A stretch of DNA of 32,000 nucleotides from Candidatus Nitrosopumilus koreensis AR1 (GCF_000299365.1 NC_018655.1:1607965-1639964), one strand, 5' to 3'; shown: positions 16,742-26,239, counted from the stretch's first letter. Program-made: numbers and translations. Notes: generated by a model from the sequence alone, not told the origin.

Positions 16742-17455
16742 TTGAAAGTAAGATTATTTGAGATATTTACATCTGTTGAAGGCGAAGGAATTCTCTATGG
16801 AACAAAGACACTTTTTGTAAGACTTGCAGGATGTCCTTTTACCTGTTTTTATTGTGATACTAAAGAATCTCTTCCACTTGATTCTGGAACCGAATACAGT
16901 ATTGAAGAAGCAAACCAATTGATTGACTCTAATTTAAAAAACCAAACATACAAAGTAAATTTTACAGGCGGGGATCCGCTTATTCAACATCAAGCAGTTG
17001 CATTACTTGCAAAACATATACAAGACAAAAAAATTCCCACATATCTTGAATCTTCATGTTTTGATGTTGACAGATTTAATCATGTGTTACCATTTATTGA
17101 TATTGTAAAGATTGAATTCAAAACAAAAGATTCAGACTTTGTTGATTCACAGCATTATGATAAATTAATTGGTCACACCATGAAATGTCTAGAATCTTCT
17201 GTTCGTGCAAAGAAAATAACATACATCAAGGTGGTTGTCAGCTCCAAAACTAAACCTGATGATTTCAAAGAATTAGTAAATCAAATCTTTGATACTGTCT
17301 CAAAAAATGATATTGATGGATTTATTATTCAACCAACATATGGCATTGCAGAACCCTCTCTTGATCTCTTACTAAGTTTGTACGATGTTGTTTTTCCTCA
17401 TTATGTTGACGTCAAAGTTGTTCCTCAATTGCATAAATTCATTGGGGCTCCATAG
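16742..17455 (+). CDS. queE: 7-carboxy-7-deazaguanine synthase (radical SAM)
   Basis: EIFTSVEGEG...FVRLAGCPFTCFYCDT is the QueE-type cluster motif. TTG start. Confidence 0.85.
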   Translation: MKVRLFEIFTSVEGEGILYGTKTLFVRLAGCPFTCFYCDTKESLPLDSGTEYSIEEANQLIDSNLKNQTYKVNFTGGDPLIQHQAVALLAKHIQDKKIPTYLESSCFDVDRFNHVLPFIDIVKIEFKTKDSDFVDSQHYDKLIGHTMKCLESSVRAKKITYIKVVVSSKTKPDDFKELVNQIFDTVSKNDIDGFIIQPTYGIAEPSLDLLLSLYDVVFPHYVDVKVVPQLHKFIGAP

Positions 17456-17500
17456 GTATCATCTGCCTAACAGTCAGATTAGGTTCAAATACTAGAAAAA

Positions 17501-18076
17501 TTGTCTCAAATCATCAAAATGGATGAAGACCGGGTAAAGAAACTCGTCAGAGAATTAATCATTGAAGTTGGAGAAGATCCAACTCGTGAGGGCCTACGTG
17601 AAACTCCTGAAAGAATTGCAAACATGTACAAAGAAATCTTTTCTGGATATGATTCTGATTCAGAGTTGGCTGTTCAGTTCTCAGAAGATTCTGATGTAGT
17701 TATTGCACGTGATATCCAGTTTTACTCAATGTGTGAACATCACATGCTTCCGTTCTTTGGTAAAATACACATTGCATATTCACCAAATGGAAGAGTTTTT
17801 GGAATTTCAAAACTAGTAAGACTAGTAGAAAAATACTCAAAGAGACTCCAAATACAAGAACGACTAACAAAGAATATTGCAGATGAATTGTATTCTCAGG
17901 GTGTAAAAGGAGTGGTAGTTTTAGCTGATGCAGAACATCTTTGTATGAAAATGCGTGGTGTTAGAAATGATGCAACACTTTCCTCATCAGCATTTAGAGG
18001 AATTTATGAAAATAAAGAGGAAAAAGAGAGTATTATGACATTAATTCGAAAACGTGCCTCTGATTCTTCCTTTTGA
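17501..18076 (+). CDS. folE: GTP cyclohydrolase I (FolE type)
   Basis: GEDPTREGLRETPERIANMY and SMCEHHMLPFFGKIHIAY motifs. TTG start at 17501, with an alternative ATG at 17519. Confidence 0.9.
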   Translation: MSQIIKMDEDRVKKLVRELIIEVGEDPTREGLRETPERIANMYKEIFSGYDSDSELAVQFSEDSDVVIARDIQFYSMCEHHMLPFFGKIHIAYSPNGRVFGISKLVRLVEKYSKRLQIQERLTKNIADELYSQGVKGVVVLADAEHLCMKMRGVRNDATLSSSAFRGIYENKEEKESIMTLIRKRASDSSF

Positions 18077-18116
18077 CATATGAAAAATTAAATATCGATT
18101 ATATTTCAAAAAAATC

Positions 18117-18371
18117 ATGGATGATGGAAGAAAAATTGTTCACATTCCAAAAGAATCTTGGCCTAGTTTTACATGGTATGCAATTGAATTTGCAATAGTT
18201 CTTGCAGTCTGTATGCTGGTTGCAAGAGAGGTTGTTGGTACTCTCACAGAGTTATCCCCTGAAATTCAAAACTATATCTGGTGGGGAATTACTGGATTGA
18301 TCTTTTTAGCTTGGTACATTGGAATAAGAGGATTTATCCTAAAAAAGAAGATTCTAAAAAATAGATATTAG
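18117..18371 (+). CDS. small two-TM membrane protein
   Basis: 84 aa with two hydrophobic segments. Lies between folE and queC. Confidence 0.5.
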   Translation: MDDGRKIVHIPKESWPSFTWYAIEFAIVLAVCMLVAREVVGTLTELSPEIQNYIWWGITGLIFLAWYIGIRGFILKKKILKNRY

Positions 18372-18373
18372 GA

Positions 18374-19048
18374 TTATTTTAGATATCTTGTTTTATCTGT
18401 AATGTTTGCTTTTTCAAATGCAATCTTTCTGTTGTTGCATGACTCACAAACCCCACAGTGAAATTTTTTGTTTGAATAACAACTCCAAGTTTTAAAGATG
18501 GAATTTCCCAATACTGTTTCTCCTTTCTTTAATAGATCACTTTTTGATAGTCTTTGTCTGTATGGAGACCAAATCTCTATTTTTTTTCTTAATTTTGAAT
18601 TAATCCCATCTATTTCTCCTTGATTAAACGCAGCCTCTAGCTTTTTTGCAAAAACCGGTCTGCAATCAGGATAGTGCTTGTCTCCAGTATGTGCTCCATA
18701 TACCACTAGGGATGCATTGAGTGTATATGCCCAGGCTGATGCAACAGATAGAAACACTGCATTTCTGATTGGAACTACAATAGAATACTCAAACTTGCTC
18801 GGAATCTTTCTTTTGGAACTTGTCAAAACATTAGAATTTCCATAAAGATCTTTCATAAAACCAATATCAATAATCTTGTGTTGTTTTAGTCCAAGTTTCT
18901 TTGCAAAAGTTTTTGCAGCAGAAATCTCCATACTTGCTTTTTGTCCATATGAAAAGGTAATTCCATACAACTCATATTTTGATTTCAGAAATGATACTGC
19001 ACAAACAGAGTCTATTCCTCCACTAAAAACAACAACTGCTTTTTTCAT
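18374..19048 (-). CDS. queC: 7-cyano-7-deazaguanine (preQ0) synthase
   Basis: PP-loop VVFSGGIDS and a C-terminal Zn-binding cluster, CYSNKKFHCGVCESC. Confidence 0.9.
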   Translation of the reverse strand: MKKAVVVFSGGIDSVCAVSFLKSKYELYGITFSYGQKASMEISAAKTFAKKLGLKQHKIIDIGFMKDLYGNSNVLTSSKRKIPSKFEYSIVVPIRNAVFLSVASAWAYTLNASLVVYGAHTGDKHYPDCRPVFAKKLEAAFNQGEIDGINSKLRKKIEIWSPYRQRLSKSDLLKKGETVLGNSIFKTWSCYSNKKFHCGVCESCNNRKIAFEKANITDKTRYLK

Positions 19049-19059
19049 AATTCATCAAA

Positions 19060-19983
19060 TCATTTTCTTTTGTCTGCAGCACCCTTACTTGGTTTACAGA
19101 TTACTGTCTGGCACTTTGTATTTGCTGATGTAAATCCTTTTGACATTGCTGAACTGATCTTCTTCAAATTTGCAGAACTCTTGGAAAATGCGATTACAGA
19201 AGGTCCTGCACCACTAATTGTAACACCTAATGCCCCTGCTTTTAGAGCATTTTGTTTGACCTTGGAAAATCCTGGAATCATATGCTGTCTTGCGGGCTCT
19301 ACTATTACATCTTTAATAGAATTTCCAATCAAGTTAGGATCTTTTTTCATAAATCCTGCAACAATAGCTGATGCATTTGATAAATTCAAAATACTATCTG
19401 TTAATTTGATTTTCTTTGGAATGACGCCTCTTGAAACTTTTGTCTTTTTTTTAGGAACATCAAGTTTTGGAACAGCCACACACATTCTAAGATTTGTTGG
19501 AGGATCTATTCTAATTACTTGTAATGGATTTGTTTTGACAATTACAAACCCACCTAAAACAGAAGCAGCAACATTATCATAATGAACAGAACCTGCACTA
19601 GCTTTTTCACCAGAACCTGCAAATTCTACTAACGAATTTCCATCCAGTTTTAATTCAAATAATTTATCAAATGCTACTGCAGTAGCTGCAGCTGATGCAG
19701 CACTACTGCCCATCCCAAATCCTGCAGGAACACCTTTTTTGATTTTAATTTCAACACCACTCTTTATTTTGAATTTTTTTTTCATATTTTGAACAACTAA
19801 TCCTGCTGTGTTGTTTTGTGGTTCTGTTGGAATGTTGTCATCAGTAACTATTGTAATTCCACTTTTGGTTTTTGTTAGAGTCACTTCGTCGTAAAATGCA
19901 TCAATTGCCAAACCAAACACATCAAATCCTGGACCTAAATTTGCAGTAGATGAAGGTGCCTTTACTGTAATCTTTGATACCAC
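19060..19983 (-). CDS. thrB: homoserine kinase (GHMP kinase)
   Basis: N-terminus KAPSSTANLGPGFDVFGLAI and the GHMP motif PAGFGMGSSAASAAA. The GTG start overlaps the upstream stop by 1 nt. Confidence 0.85.
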   Translation of the reverse strand: MVSKITVKAPSSTANLGPGFDVFGLAIDAFYDEVTLTKTKSGITIVTDDNIPTEPQNNTAGLVVQNMKKKFKIKSGVEIKIKKGVPAGFGMGSSAASAAATAVAFDKLFELKLDGNSLVEFAGSGEKASAGSVHYDNVAASVLGGFVIVKTNPLQVIRIDPPTNLRMCVAVPKLDVPKKKTKVSRGVIPKKIKLTDSILNLSNASAIVAGFMKKDPNLIGNSIKDVIVEPARQHMIPGFSKVKQNALKAGALGVTISGAGPSVIAFSKSSANLKKISSAMSKGFTSANTKCQTVICKPSKGAADKRK

Positions 19984-20756
19984 TAATCTTCTACCTCCTC
20001 ACCCAAGTTAAGAATTCTGCTAAGAGCTCCCTCCAAATTGACAAACCCATCACCAGTCACATTTGAAATTGGAATCAATCCTTGGGCAAATCCACTCAGA
20101 TTCAAACCTCTCAAAATGTTTGTTGTTAATGTATAGGTATCACCATCTGCATCTTTTGCAATAGCATTCTCTAGTGTGCTCAAACTAGTTGACCATTGTA
20201 GAATATTTTTGAGATTTGCTCCAATGAGATCGGTTTTTGTTAATACATTAACTGTTGGCAAGTTCAAACGTAATCTAATTGATGTTGCCAGAAGTGCAAT
20301 TGAAACAAAATTTACTGGAGTTGTAATTAATGCACCATCAAAAAGAAAAATACTTGTTTTCTCTTCTGATGAAATATTATCTATTAGAAAACGTCCACTA
20401 GAACGATACGCAAATAACTCAATTTGACCTGGAGTGTCAACTATTAGATAATCAGGATTTACTCTGTTTACTTCATTCTGAATGTCATCAATCTTTGATG
20501 CGATCAAATCTGCAGCCATTACTACTGCACCATTGGGACCAAGATCATATTGTTGCATGATAGATACAATGTCTACAAAATCTCTTACATCAACATCACA
20601 ACTGTATGACAAGTTTTCTACTCCTGGATCTAAATTCAAAATAGACGTAAAGGCTCCATTCTTTGTATAGTAATCATACAGTTTTGATGACAGCAATGAT
20701 TTTCCAGATCCAGCAGTTCCAGAAACAAAAATAGTTTTCAATCCAGTCTGATTCAT
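19983..20756 (-). CDS. GPN-loop GTPase
   Basis: P-loop VSGTAGSGKS, LNLDPG, and the GPN motif DLGPNGA. ATG 20756 is preferred over the TTG at 20825. Confidence 0.85.
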   Translation of the reverse strand: MNQTGLKTIFVSGTAGSGKSLLSSKLYDYYTKNGAFTSILNLDPGVENLSYSCDVDVRDFVDIVSIMQQYDLGPNGAVVMAADLIASKIDDIQNEVNRVNPDYLIVDTPGQIELFAYRSSGRFLIDNISSEEKTSIFLFDGALITTPVNFVSIALLATSIRLRLNLPTVNVLTKTDLIGANLKNILQWSTSLSTLENAIAKDADGDTYTLTTNILRGLNLSGFAQGLIPISNVTGDGFVNLEGALSRILNLGEEVED

Positions 20757-20878
20757 AATTTGCTTATATTTCAAACTAGCTTGATTATGATCATCTAATC
20801 TATGAAAATACCAAATTGGTATCAAAAATCATAATTAAATTCCACTTGATCTTTAACTAAGAAAATTATACCTTATTT

Positions 20879-21034
20879 GTGATTCAAAGCGTATTTGAAA
20901 AAGAAACACGTCTCAAAGAACTAGTTGTAAAATTACTTGAGGAAAACAAATTATCTGATTTTGAGTTACTGGATTCATTATTTGGTGAAATCAGAGAGGA
21001 GCTTCAAAAACACCAAAAATCATCAATTCCATAG
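20879..21034 (+). CDS. possible small ORF (51 aa, below the ORF-track cutoff)
   Basis: GTG-initiated ORF found by hand: VIQSVFEKETRLKELVVKLLEENKLSDFELLDSLFGEIREELQKHQKSSIP. Helical composition, and it fills an otherwise empty 296-bp spacer. Confidence 0.2.
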   Translation: MIQSVFEKETRLKELVVKLLEENKLSDFELLDSLFGEIREELQKHQKSSIP

Positions 21035-21121
21035 AAAATTTGTGCCTAACTTTAGGCGTAAAAAAATCTCCACAGTCAGATTTCTCAACTTTCATATTTG
21101 ATTCTTCAAAAAAATCATTAA

Positions 21122-22138
21122 ATGAATTGGAGACTTGCAGCTATTCCTGCTACCCTTATACCTATTTTCATTATAGCTATTCAATTTGATATTAAATTAG
21201 AAGATGTGTTAGCAATTGGGTTTTTTCCATTTATTGGTGCTGTTGTCGCAATGCTGATTAAGTTGGGTCTACAAGGAGTCAAATTTGCATACATTACAAG
21301 AAAATATCTTGGTAGTTTTGATTCTTTTTTGAAACTAACTGGTGTTCGTGTTGGTAGCGAATTTATCAAATTTACAACTCCAATGTTTATTGGTGCAGAG
21401 TTTATTGTGATCTATTATTTGCACAAAAAGGGTGTAAAACCATCCAAATCAACATGGATTGCCATCATGGATATAGTGACAGAAGTTTTTGCAGGCGGTT
21501 TGTTATCTATAATGGCAGGAATAATTGCATTGTTAAATGGTGCATATGTAGTTGCAGCAGTGGTTTTAGGAACTAGTATTATTGTAACATCTCTATGGAT
21601 GGTGCTCTTCTTTTTATCATCTAAACGTACATTCCAAGTTCCCAAGATTCTGGGAAATCTTGTTAAAAGATTTGGAAAAGAAAAAGGTGTAAAGTATATT
21701 GACCAAACAAACTCTTGGATGAAAGAAGTATGTACAATGAGTAGAGAAAACCTAAAAACTTCTGAATCAAAAAAAGTTTTCACAATATCATTCTTCTTCT
21801 CACTTGCATCATGGTCATTTTATGGTATCTCATTTATGATAATTGGGCTAGGAACTGGATATGTTGTTAGTGCGTTTGATTCTATTATGGCAGTAATGGG
21901 TGCAAATGCAATTGGAAATCTTCCAATTACCATAGGCGGTTCAGGTCTTGCTGAATTTGGAATTGTAGCATATCTAAATAACCTAAATCCATTTGACTTT
22001 GATATTTCTGAAGGTGGTCTTGCTTGGGATGCAGTAATAGGCTGGAGAATTGCAACATACTACGTGCCAATTGTGGTTACTTGGTTGCTTTTAGTAAAGT
22101 TGGCCTTGAGTAGAATTTCAAAACCTCAAGCTACATAG
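21122..22138 (+). CDS. UPF0104 / lysylphosphatidylglycerol-synthase-TM-like (flippase-like) membrane protein
   Basis: 338 aa, polytopic. Contains the characteristic GNLPITIGGSGLAEFG segment. Confidence 0.7.
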   Translation: MNWRLAAIPATLIPIFIIAIQFDIKLEDVLAIGFFPFIGAVVAMLIKLGLQGVKFAYITRKYLGSFDSFLKLTGVRVGSEFIKFTTPMFIGAEFIVIYYLHKKGVKPSKSTWIAIMDIVTEVFAGGLLSIMAGIIALLNGAYVVAAVVLGTSIIVTSLWMVLFFLSSKRTFQVPKILGNLVKRFGKEKGVKYIDQTNSWMKEVCTMSRENLKTSESKKVFTISFFFSLASWSFYGISFMIIGLGTGYVVSAFDSIMAVMGANAIGNLPITIGGSGLAEFGIVAYLNNLNPFDFDISEGGLAWDAVIGWRIATYYVPIVVTWLLLVKLALSRISKPQAT

Positions 22139-22173
22139 AAACCACTTTATCTATAAACGATTTTTTTTGATTT

Positions 22174-22968
22174 GTGGATTTCAAAAATAAAACTATTCTA
22201 ATAACTGGTGCTTCATCTGGGATTGGGAAACAGACTGCAATTGAATTTGCAAAATTGGGTGCTAACATAATTCTAGTTGCAAGAAGAAAAGAAAAGCTTG
22301 ATGAACTTGCAAATGAATTAAAAAAATTCAGTATCGTAACTCTTGTTTGTCAGTGTGATGTATCAAATAAAGAACAAGTAAAAGAAATGTCAAAAACTGT
22401 TTTAGAAAAATTTGACTCTATTGATGTGTTAGTAAATAATGCAGGTTTTGCAATATATGGTTCTGTAAAAGAACTATCTATTGATGAAATAGAATCCCAA
22501 ATGGAAACAAATTACTTTGGAATGGTATATTGTATCAAAAATTTTCTTCCATTTATGTTGGAAAAAAAATCTGGTCATATTGTTAATGTTGCTTCGGTTG
22601 CTGCAAGCTTTGGTCTTCCAGGAATTGCATCTTACTGTGCATCAAAATTTGCAATGCTGGGATTCTCAGAAGGTCTCAAACATGAACTAAAAGATACTGG
22701 AGTGGGAATTACCGTAGTTAGCCCAATAATGGTTAGAACAGATTTCTTTGATCATCCTTCTTTTGAAAAAATGCCAAAATATTCTCCAACATCACTTAGT
22801 TCTAATACTGTAGCAAAAGCAATTCTAAGGGCTGCAAATTCTTCAAGACTGGAAATTATTGTTCCTTCTGTAGTAAGGGGTGCTGTTTGGTTAAAACATA
22901 CCTTTCCTTATTTCATAAATCCTATTATAGGAAAATCTTTCAAAAAACAATTAGATTCTGTAGAATGA
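22174..22968 (+). CDS. short-chain dehydrogenase/reductase
   Basis: TGASSGIG, NNAG and YCASK motifs. GTG start. Confidence 0.9.
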   Translation: MDFKNKTILITGASSGIGKQTAIEFAKLGANIILVARRKEKLDELANELKKFSIVTLVCQCDVSNKEQVKEMSKTVLEKFDSIDVLVNNAGFAIYGSVKELSIDEIESQMETNYFGMVYCIKNFLPFMLEKKSGHIVNVASVAASFGLPGIASYCASKFAMLGFSEGLKHELKDTGVGITVVSPIMVRTDFFDHPSFEKMPKYSPTSLSSNTVAKAILRAANSSRLEIIVPSVVRGAVWLKHTFPYFINPIIGKSFKKQLDSVE

Positions 22969-22975
22969 TTTTAAA

Positions 22976-23380
22976 TTATTCTTCAGCGTCATCATCTTCG
23001 GCTTCACTAGAGCCTACATCTAACAATTCAAGTGATTTTAAATCAAATTGGTAAATTGCATTCATTTCAATCTCTTTTTCCTTTTCTAAATACTCTGAGA
23101 CTTTTTTGCTAAGTGGTGCTTTGTGTTGGTCAAAAACAAATTCATAAACTTCTCCTTTCAACAAGTCATCCATTTTGATGCTTTTTGGAACATTCATAGT
23201 AACTATATGTCGTCCATCTTCTACTGCATCATACAACTGAACATCAATTTTGTTATCTTCATAATAAAATTCTAAAATGTATCCTGATTTTTTTAATTCC
23301 TCAGGTTTCTTAAATTTTGCATTTTGGATTTCATCTGTAACCCATTCAGGAATTTCATCTTCTTTCTTCTTTTTTACCAT
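22976..23380 (-). CDS. hypothetical acidic protein (134 aa)
   Basis: ATG ORF 11 nt downstream of the zinc-ribbon gene on the same strand. Acidic tail SSEAEDDDAEE. Confidence 0.5.
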   Translation of the reverse strand: MVKKKKEDEIPEWVTDEIQNAKFKKPEELKKSGYILEFYYEDNKIDVQLYDAVEDGRHIVTMNVPKSIKMDDLLKGEVYEFVFDQHKAPLSKKVSEYLEKEKEIEMNAIYQFDLKSLELLDVGSSEAEDDDAEE

Positions 23381-23391
23381 AATAACTCACG

Positions 23392-23703
23392 CTAATTTTC
23401 TGCTTTTTCTTTCTTACTTTTTGACCACCATTCTAAATAGTCGTCATGTTTATCATCACGTGTTCTTTCTTTTTGGTTGAGTTTGTATCTGATATCTGAA
23501 ACTTGTTCTCTAGTAGCATAAAGGCCACATCGCTTACAGACAAAATTTCTTCTATTCTTCTCATCCATTTTCATTGGAATGTCAATTTCATCATATAATT
23601 TGAAAAGATCCTCTCTGCTTCTTTCTTCTTCAGGAACTTCTGATTCATATTTTTCTTGAATCTTTTTTCTCTCTCTGTGTGTACATTCTGGACAGTTAGG
23701 CAC
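23392..23703 (-). CDS. zinc-ribbon protein, highly charged
   Basis: CPEC at the N-terminus and CKRC about 50 residues later. The remainder is K/R/E/D-rich. Confidence 0.55.
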   Translation of the reverse strand: MPNCPECTHRERKKIQEKYESEVPEEERSREDLFKLYDEIDIPMKMDEKNRRNFVCKRCGLYATREQVSDIRYKLNQKERTRDDKHDDYLEWWSKSKKEKAEN

Positions 23704-23763
23704 TGATGATTTGACTTAATTTTTTCCATAAAAGCGTTCCCACATTGTTAACTGATCGATATA

Positions 23764-23833
23764 CATCTGACACGCGGATTTTTTCATCATCCCTTTCGGT
23801 CCGTTCGCCCATCGAAATCCCGCGTGCCAGATG
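23764..23833. ncRNA. candidate structured RNA or long imperfect hairpin of unknown class
   Basis: CATCTG-A-CACGC-GGATTT (23764-23781) pairs with AAATCC-C-GCGTG-C-CAGATG (23815-23833), giving 17 bp. It encloses a strand-biased loop of about 31-33 nt that is C/T-rich on plus and reads GGGAUGAUGAA on minus. GC-rich island in an AT-rich spacer. Confidence 0.35.
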
Positions 23834-23856
23834 AGCAAAATTCAAAAAATAATGTA

Positions 23857-25092
23857 TTATCTCTTTTCTTCCAAGGTTTGGGCAGCAATCTTCGCTGAAT
23901 TTTCAGCACCATCTGGAACAAAATTTTTAGAAAATTCCCTTAAATTCCCTGAAAATTCCTCGTAATTCTCTCTAATTTTGAAAATTCCCTCAATTACTTG
24001 ATTTGTTTTTGTAGCTAATACTCCTAGATTCTTCTCCTGAGCCCATCTGATGTTGTTTGTATGCTCATCATAGATTGGGATTCCGATAATAGGTTTTGAC
24101 TTTCCACCCATGATTTCACCCATAACAGTATGAGAACCATTTACTACTGCATATCTGCATAAATCCAACACGGTATCTTTTTCTTGCTCCGACAGAAATC
24201 CAACATCAATCTGAATCCAATCTATTTTTTTGTCTAGTGCATCAGATATTGAATATCTTTTTCCGTCTTTTCCAATCACTGAATCAATTTTTGGATCATT
24301 TCTTGCATGAGAAATAATTCTTCTTTCATTTTTCATCTTATCTTGTTGAAATACTTCTTCATATCTTTGACCTGTTCCATCATTTGTTGATTTGTTTCCT
24401 GTTCTCATCCAATAACCAAATTCACTATTTTCGATTAGTTTTTCAAGATCAGAACTTTCAACTTTGTTAATTTTTTTGCTATTTGTAAAGTGTCCAACAT
24501 AAATTACTTTTTCTTCAGCTTCTTTTATGAAATTTAGGTTATACTCACACATTGTATATGGTGGTGGAGAATCTGCGACAAGAATTTTTGTTGCTTTTAA
24601 AATCTGTTTTGCAATAAAAATTAGTGATGGATATAGATATGATCTGGAATTATACAATTTGGGTCTAAATTGATTTGTTATAAATAAACTTGGTATGTTT
24701 CTATTTTTTGCTAAGATATTTGATCCCATGTCTCCATCATTAATTACCAAATCAAATTTTTCTTTGTCGTAGAGCTTTCTTTCTTCTCTAAGATAATTTG
24801 CAATTTGCCTAACTAGAGGTGGATTTTTTGAGATTGGTAGTAACAAATTCATCAAGGACATTGAAACACTTGGACCAAACTTCCCGTCAATTGGAGTTGG
24901 CATCAAAATTTCATGAATTTTTTCCCTTTGATCTGGGAATCTTTTTAGTAATTTTTCATACACATGATCCTTGCTTGAAAAATGAACCTCGAACTCTTCT
25001 TTGATGTATTTTCCAAGAACTTCGTTTAGTCTCATCATTCTAGAATAATGGCCACTTCCCCACGGGTAGATGAATTCTCCTATTTTGAGCAC
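23857..25092 (-). CDS. GT-B fold glycosyltransferase (MurG/GT28-like)
   Basis: N-terminus YPWGSGHYSRM (GxGH-type motif) and a C-terminal half VVNGSHTVMGEIMGGKSKPIIGIPI typical of the GT28 C-terminal domain. GTG start. Confidence 0.7.
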   Translation of the reverse strand: MLKIGEFIYPWGSGHYSRMMRLNEVLGKYIKEEFEVHFSSKDHVYEKLLKRFPDQREKIHEILMPTPIDGKFGPSVSMSLMNLLLPISKNPPLVRQIANYLREERKLYDKEKFDLVINDGDMGSNILAKNRNIPSLFITNQFRPKLYNSRSYLYPSLIFIAKQILKATKILVADSPPPYTMCEYNLNFIKEAEEKVIYVGHFTNSKKINKVESSDLEKLIENSEFGYWMRTGNKSTNDGTGQRYEEVFQQDKMKNERRIISHARNDPKIDSVIGKDGKRYSISDALDKKIDWIQIDVGFLSEQEKDTVLDLCRYAVVNGSHTVMGEIMGGKSKPIIGIPIYDEHTNNIRWAQEKNLGVLATKTNQVIEGIFKIRENYEEFSGNLREFSKNFVPDGAENSAKIAAQTLEEKR

Positions 25093-25123
25093 AATATTGA
25101 AACCAAATATGCCGTTTAAATTC

Positions 25124-26239
25124 TCAGTGATTTTCTTCTAGCGAATCTAAAATATCGTGAACATTGTTTGGTCCTACCTGAATAGAAATCATTTTTTTAG
25201 TTTTTTGGGCATTTTCGACTTGTTTTTTTGCAAAAGATGGAATTTCATAGGAGCTAATAGTCACAATCTTTTCTAATTTCTTTATACTTTTTTCCAAACC
25301 GATTTCTTTTGCTTCCTCAAACAAACTTGTGTCTACGCCAGATAATGGAATTAATGGAATTTTCTTTTTTGTAAATACTAGTTTTAATGCATTATCAATA
25401 AAATCTGAAGAAAATACCAGTGGTGATAAAGCCAACGACACTCGTTTATTTGAGTATTGTAACATTATCTCTAAAATTGAATTCACATATGTCAAATAAT
25501 TCTTGATTCCATTTGGATTTATTTTTAGATGAAAGAATTCTAATTCAATTTTTTCTTGAACGAGTCTTGGAATAATTTGGTTTAGAACTTTAGCTAAATT
25601 CATTAATTCAGATTTCTGTCTATAACAAACTATTACTTTTGTATCATATCCTTGTTTTATTGTTTCATAACAAGATACTGCAGATAATTCGTCATATACT
25701 GCACAAATTGTCTTTTGACTTTGTGATTGATATGGAATTCCACCTTTTCCTTTATCTGAAAATATGCAGATATATGCATTATTTTTTGTAAGATATGTAT
25801 ACAACAATTTGTCATAATCTAGATCAGTTCCTGGATGAGCACCCAGCTTTGATTTTTTTTCTATAATATTTGATGTTGCAGCAATCTCCACATCTTTTGC
25901 AAGAAAACCTTTTGATGTTCCTTCAACCCTGACTAAGAATTTTTCACCTTTTAGGAGAAGATTCCCTCCTATAGAAGTAATTTCAGAAACAATATTTTGA
26001 TAATTATTTTTTATTTGTTTTGCAATTGCAATCTCTTTTATTCCAAAAAGCATATTGATTGCAGATGATGCAAATACAGGATCATTGGCATCTACTAGAA
26101 TAATTTCTCCATCACGTTTAACTGAATTGAATTGTTGATTTTTTATCTTCAAAATTTTTTTGATATTTGAAATTAGTTGTGGAATTTTATTTTTTGAAAA
26201 TATGGTTGGAAAAACTACTACATATGACATTTCATCCAT
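25124..26239 (-). CDS. ThiI-like protein (ferredoxin-like domain + THUMP + degenerate PP-loop domain)
   Basis: THUMP-like KFLVRVEGTSKGFLAKDVEIA...AYICIFSDKGKGGIPYQ. The expected SGGxDS position reads AVYDELSAV. The C-terminal PLIPLSGVDTSLFEEAKEIGL resembles the ThiI RPL-x-G-x-DK-x-EI block. Start taken at M26 (26239). Confidence 0.65.
   Translation of the reverse strand: MDEMSYVVVFPTIFSKNKIPQLISNIKKILKIKNQQFNSVKRDGEIILVDANDPVFASSAINMLFGIKEIAIAKQIKNNYQNIVSEITSIGGNLLLKGEKFLVRVEGTSKGFLAKDVEIAATSNIIEKKSKLGAHPGTDLDYDKLLYTYLTKNNAYICIFSDKGKGGIPYQSQSQKTICAVYDELSAVSCYETIKQGYDTKVIVCYRQKSELMNLAKVLNQIIPRLVQEKIELEFFHLKINPNGIKNYLTYVNSILEIMLQYSNKRVSLALSPLVFSSDFIDNALKLVFTKKKIPLIPLSGVDTSLFEEAKEIGLEKSIKKLEKIVTISSYEIPSFAKKQVENAQKTKKMISIQVGPNNVHDILDSLEENH

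Noticed and set aside
19070-19582. 170-aa plus-strand ORF (and 18876..19133) opposite thrB and queC
   Set aside because: Entirely antisense to genes with strong family motifs (GHMP kinase, QueC), with a low-complexity hydrophobic translation.
20757-20825. N-terminal extension of the GPN-loop GTPase from a TTG start
   Set aside because: An internal ATG at 20756 sits just before the P-loop region and gives a typical N-terminus. The extension has no recognisable features.
23764-23833. tRNA or box C/D sRNA interpretation of the hairpin
   Set aside because: On the minus strand, GGCACGC/GCGTGTC could mimic a 7-bp acceptor stem, but only 46 nt lie between the two halves and there are no D or T arms. 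AUGAUGA is box-C-like, but the other boxes are poor matches (UCGAUGG, CCGA, CAGA), and the would-be guide regions pair with each other.
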